Positions 63,700 to 64,000 of a stretch of DNA of 64,000 bases are shown here, piece after piece (the stretch's first letter is position 1; each line of letters opens with the position of its first letter). The position numbers and the translations under genes are program-made. The DNA comes from Octopus sinensis. Its lineage: Eukaryota. The stretch covers positions 58,714,001 to 58,778,000 of the forward strand of contig NC_042999.1 of the NCBI RefSeq assembly GCF_006345805.1, in the 5' to 3' direction. The notes beneath the pieces are model-generated. The model ran no database searches, was not told where the DNA came from, and saw only the letters and a list, made by a program, of their open reading frames with translations.

Positions 63700-64000
63700 A
63701 CTACGTACTGTGAACGCATTCAGTGATGACATCATGATGGTATTTGGTCTTGATAAATGTGCCAAGGTCACTTTCCAGAAAGAGAAATTGAAGAGTAGTA
63801 CAAGCATGAAAGAAAACATGAAGGAATGTTACAGAGAGTTTCAACGGTCCTAAATTCCGTGTTATATGCATGTAGCAAGATGTCAGCTATAAATTACTTA
63901 GCAGTTTCGATTGTTATTTACAGTTTCAGGGTGTTCAACTGGAATATGAGCGAAATAACAAAGATTGGCAGAAAAATCCGTAAGCTACTGACTTGCAATA
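63700..64000 (+). pseudogene. R4/Dong-like RT fragment running off the window end
   Basis: VNAFSDDIMMVFGLDKCAKVTFQK and AINYLAVSIVIYSFRVFNWNMSEITKIGRKIRKLLT. Confidence 0.75.

Overview
AT-rich, microsatellite-dense eukaryotic DNA. The SINE, LINE and simple-repeat content resembles an octopod cephalopod genome (inference, not verified). I find no supportable host protein-coding exon, rRNA, true tRNA gene or CRISPR array. Almost all ORF-track entries are translations of simple repeats or fragments of transposable elements. The window is a mosaic of: (i) tRNA-derived SINEs of at least three families; (ii) LINE remnants of CR1, RTE and R4/Dong type, plus a possible L1/Tx1 type; (iii) Tc1/mariner elements, MITEs and long-TIR foldback elements; (iv) recent local tandem and inverted duplications, usually bounded by (TA)n. 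The least expected signal is up to nine hammerhead ribozyme (HHR) motifs from about six sequence families. Four keep a complete catalytic core (6607-6650 minus, 35946-36031, 43357-43399, 51353-51440). Two diverged copies of one family show a compensatory stem I change. A second family occurs as an approximately 350-bp monomer with terminal direct repeats and an HHR on a long imperfect stem. This is the architecture of Penelope-associated non-LTR retrozymes, which can produce circular RNA. A second notable signal is a covarying 3' hairpin shared by the CR1 LINE and several SINE or short-element tails. Element boundaries were read by eye and are approximate unless terminal repeats are quoted.
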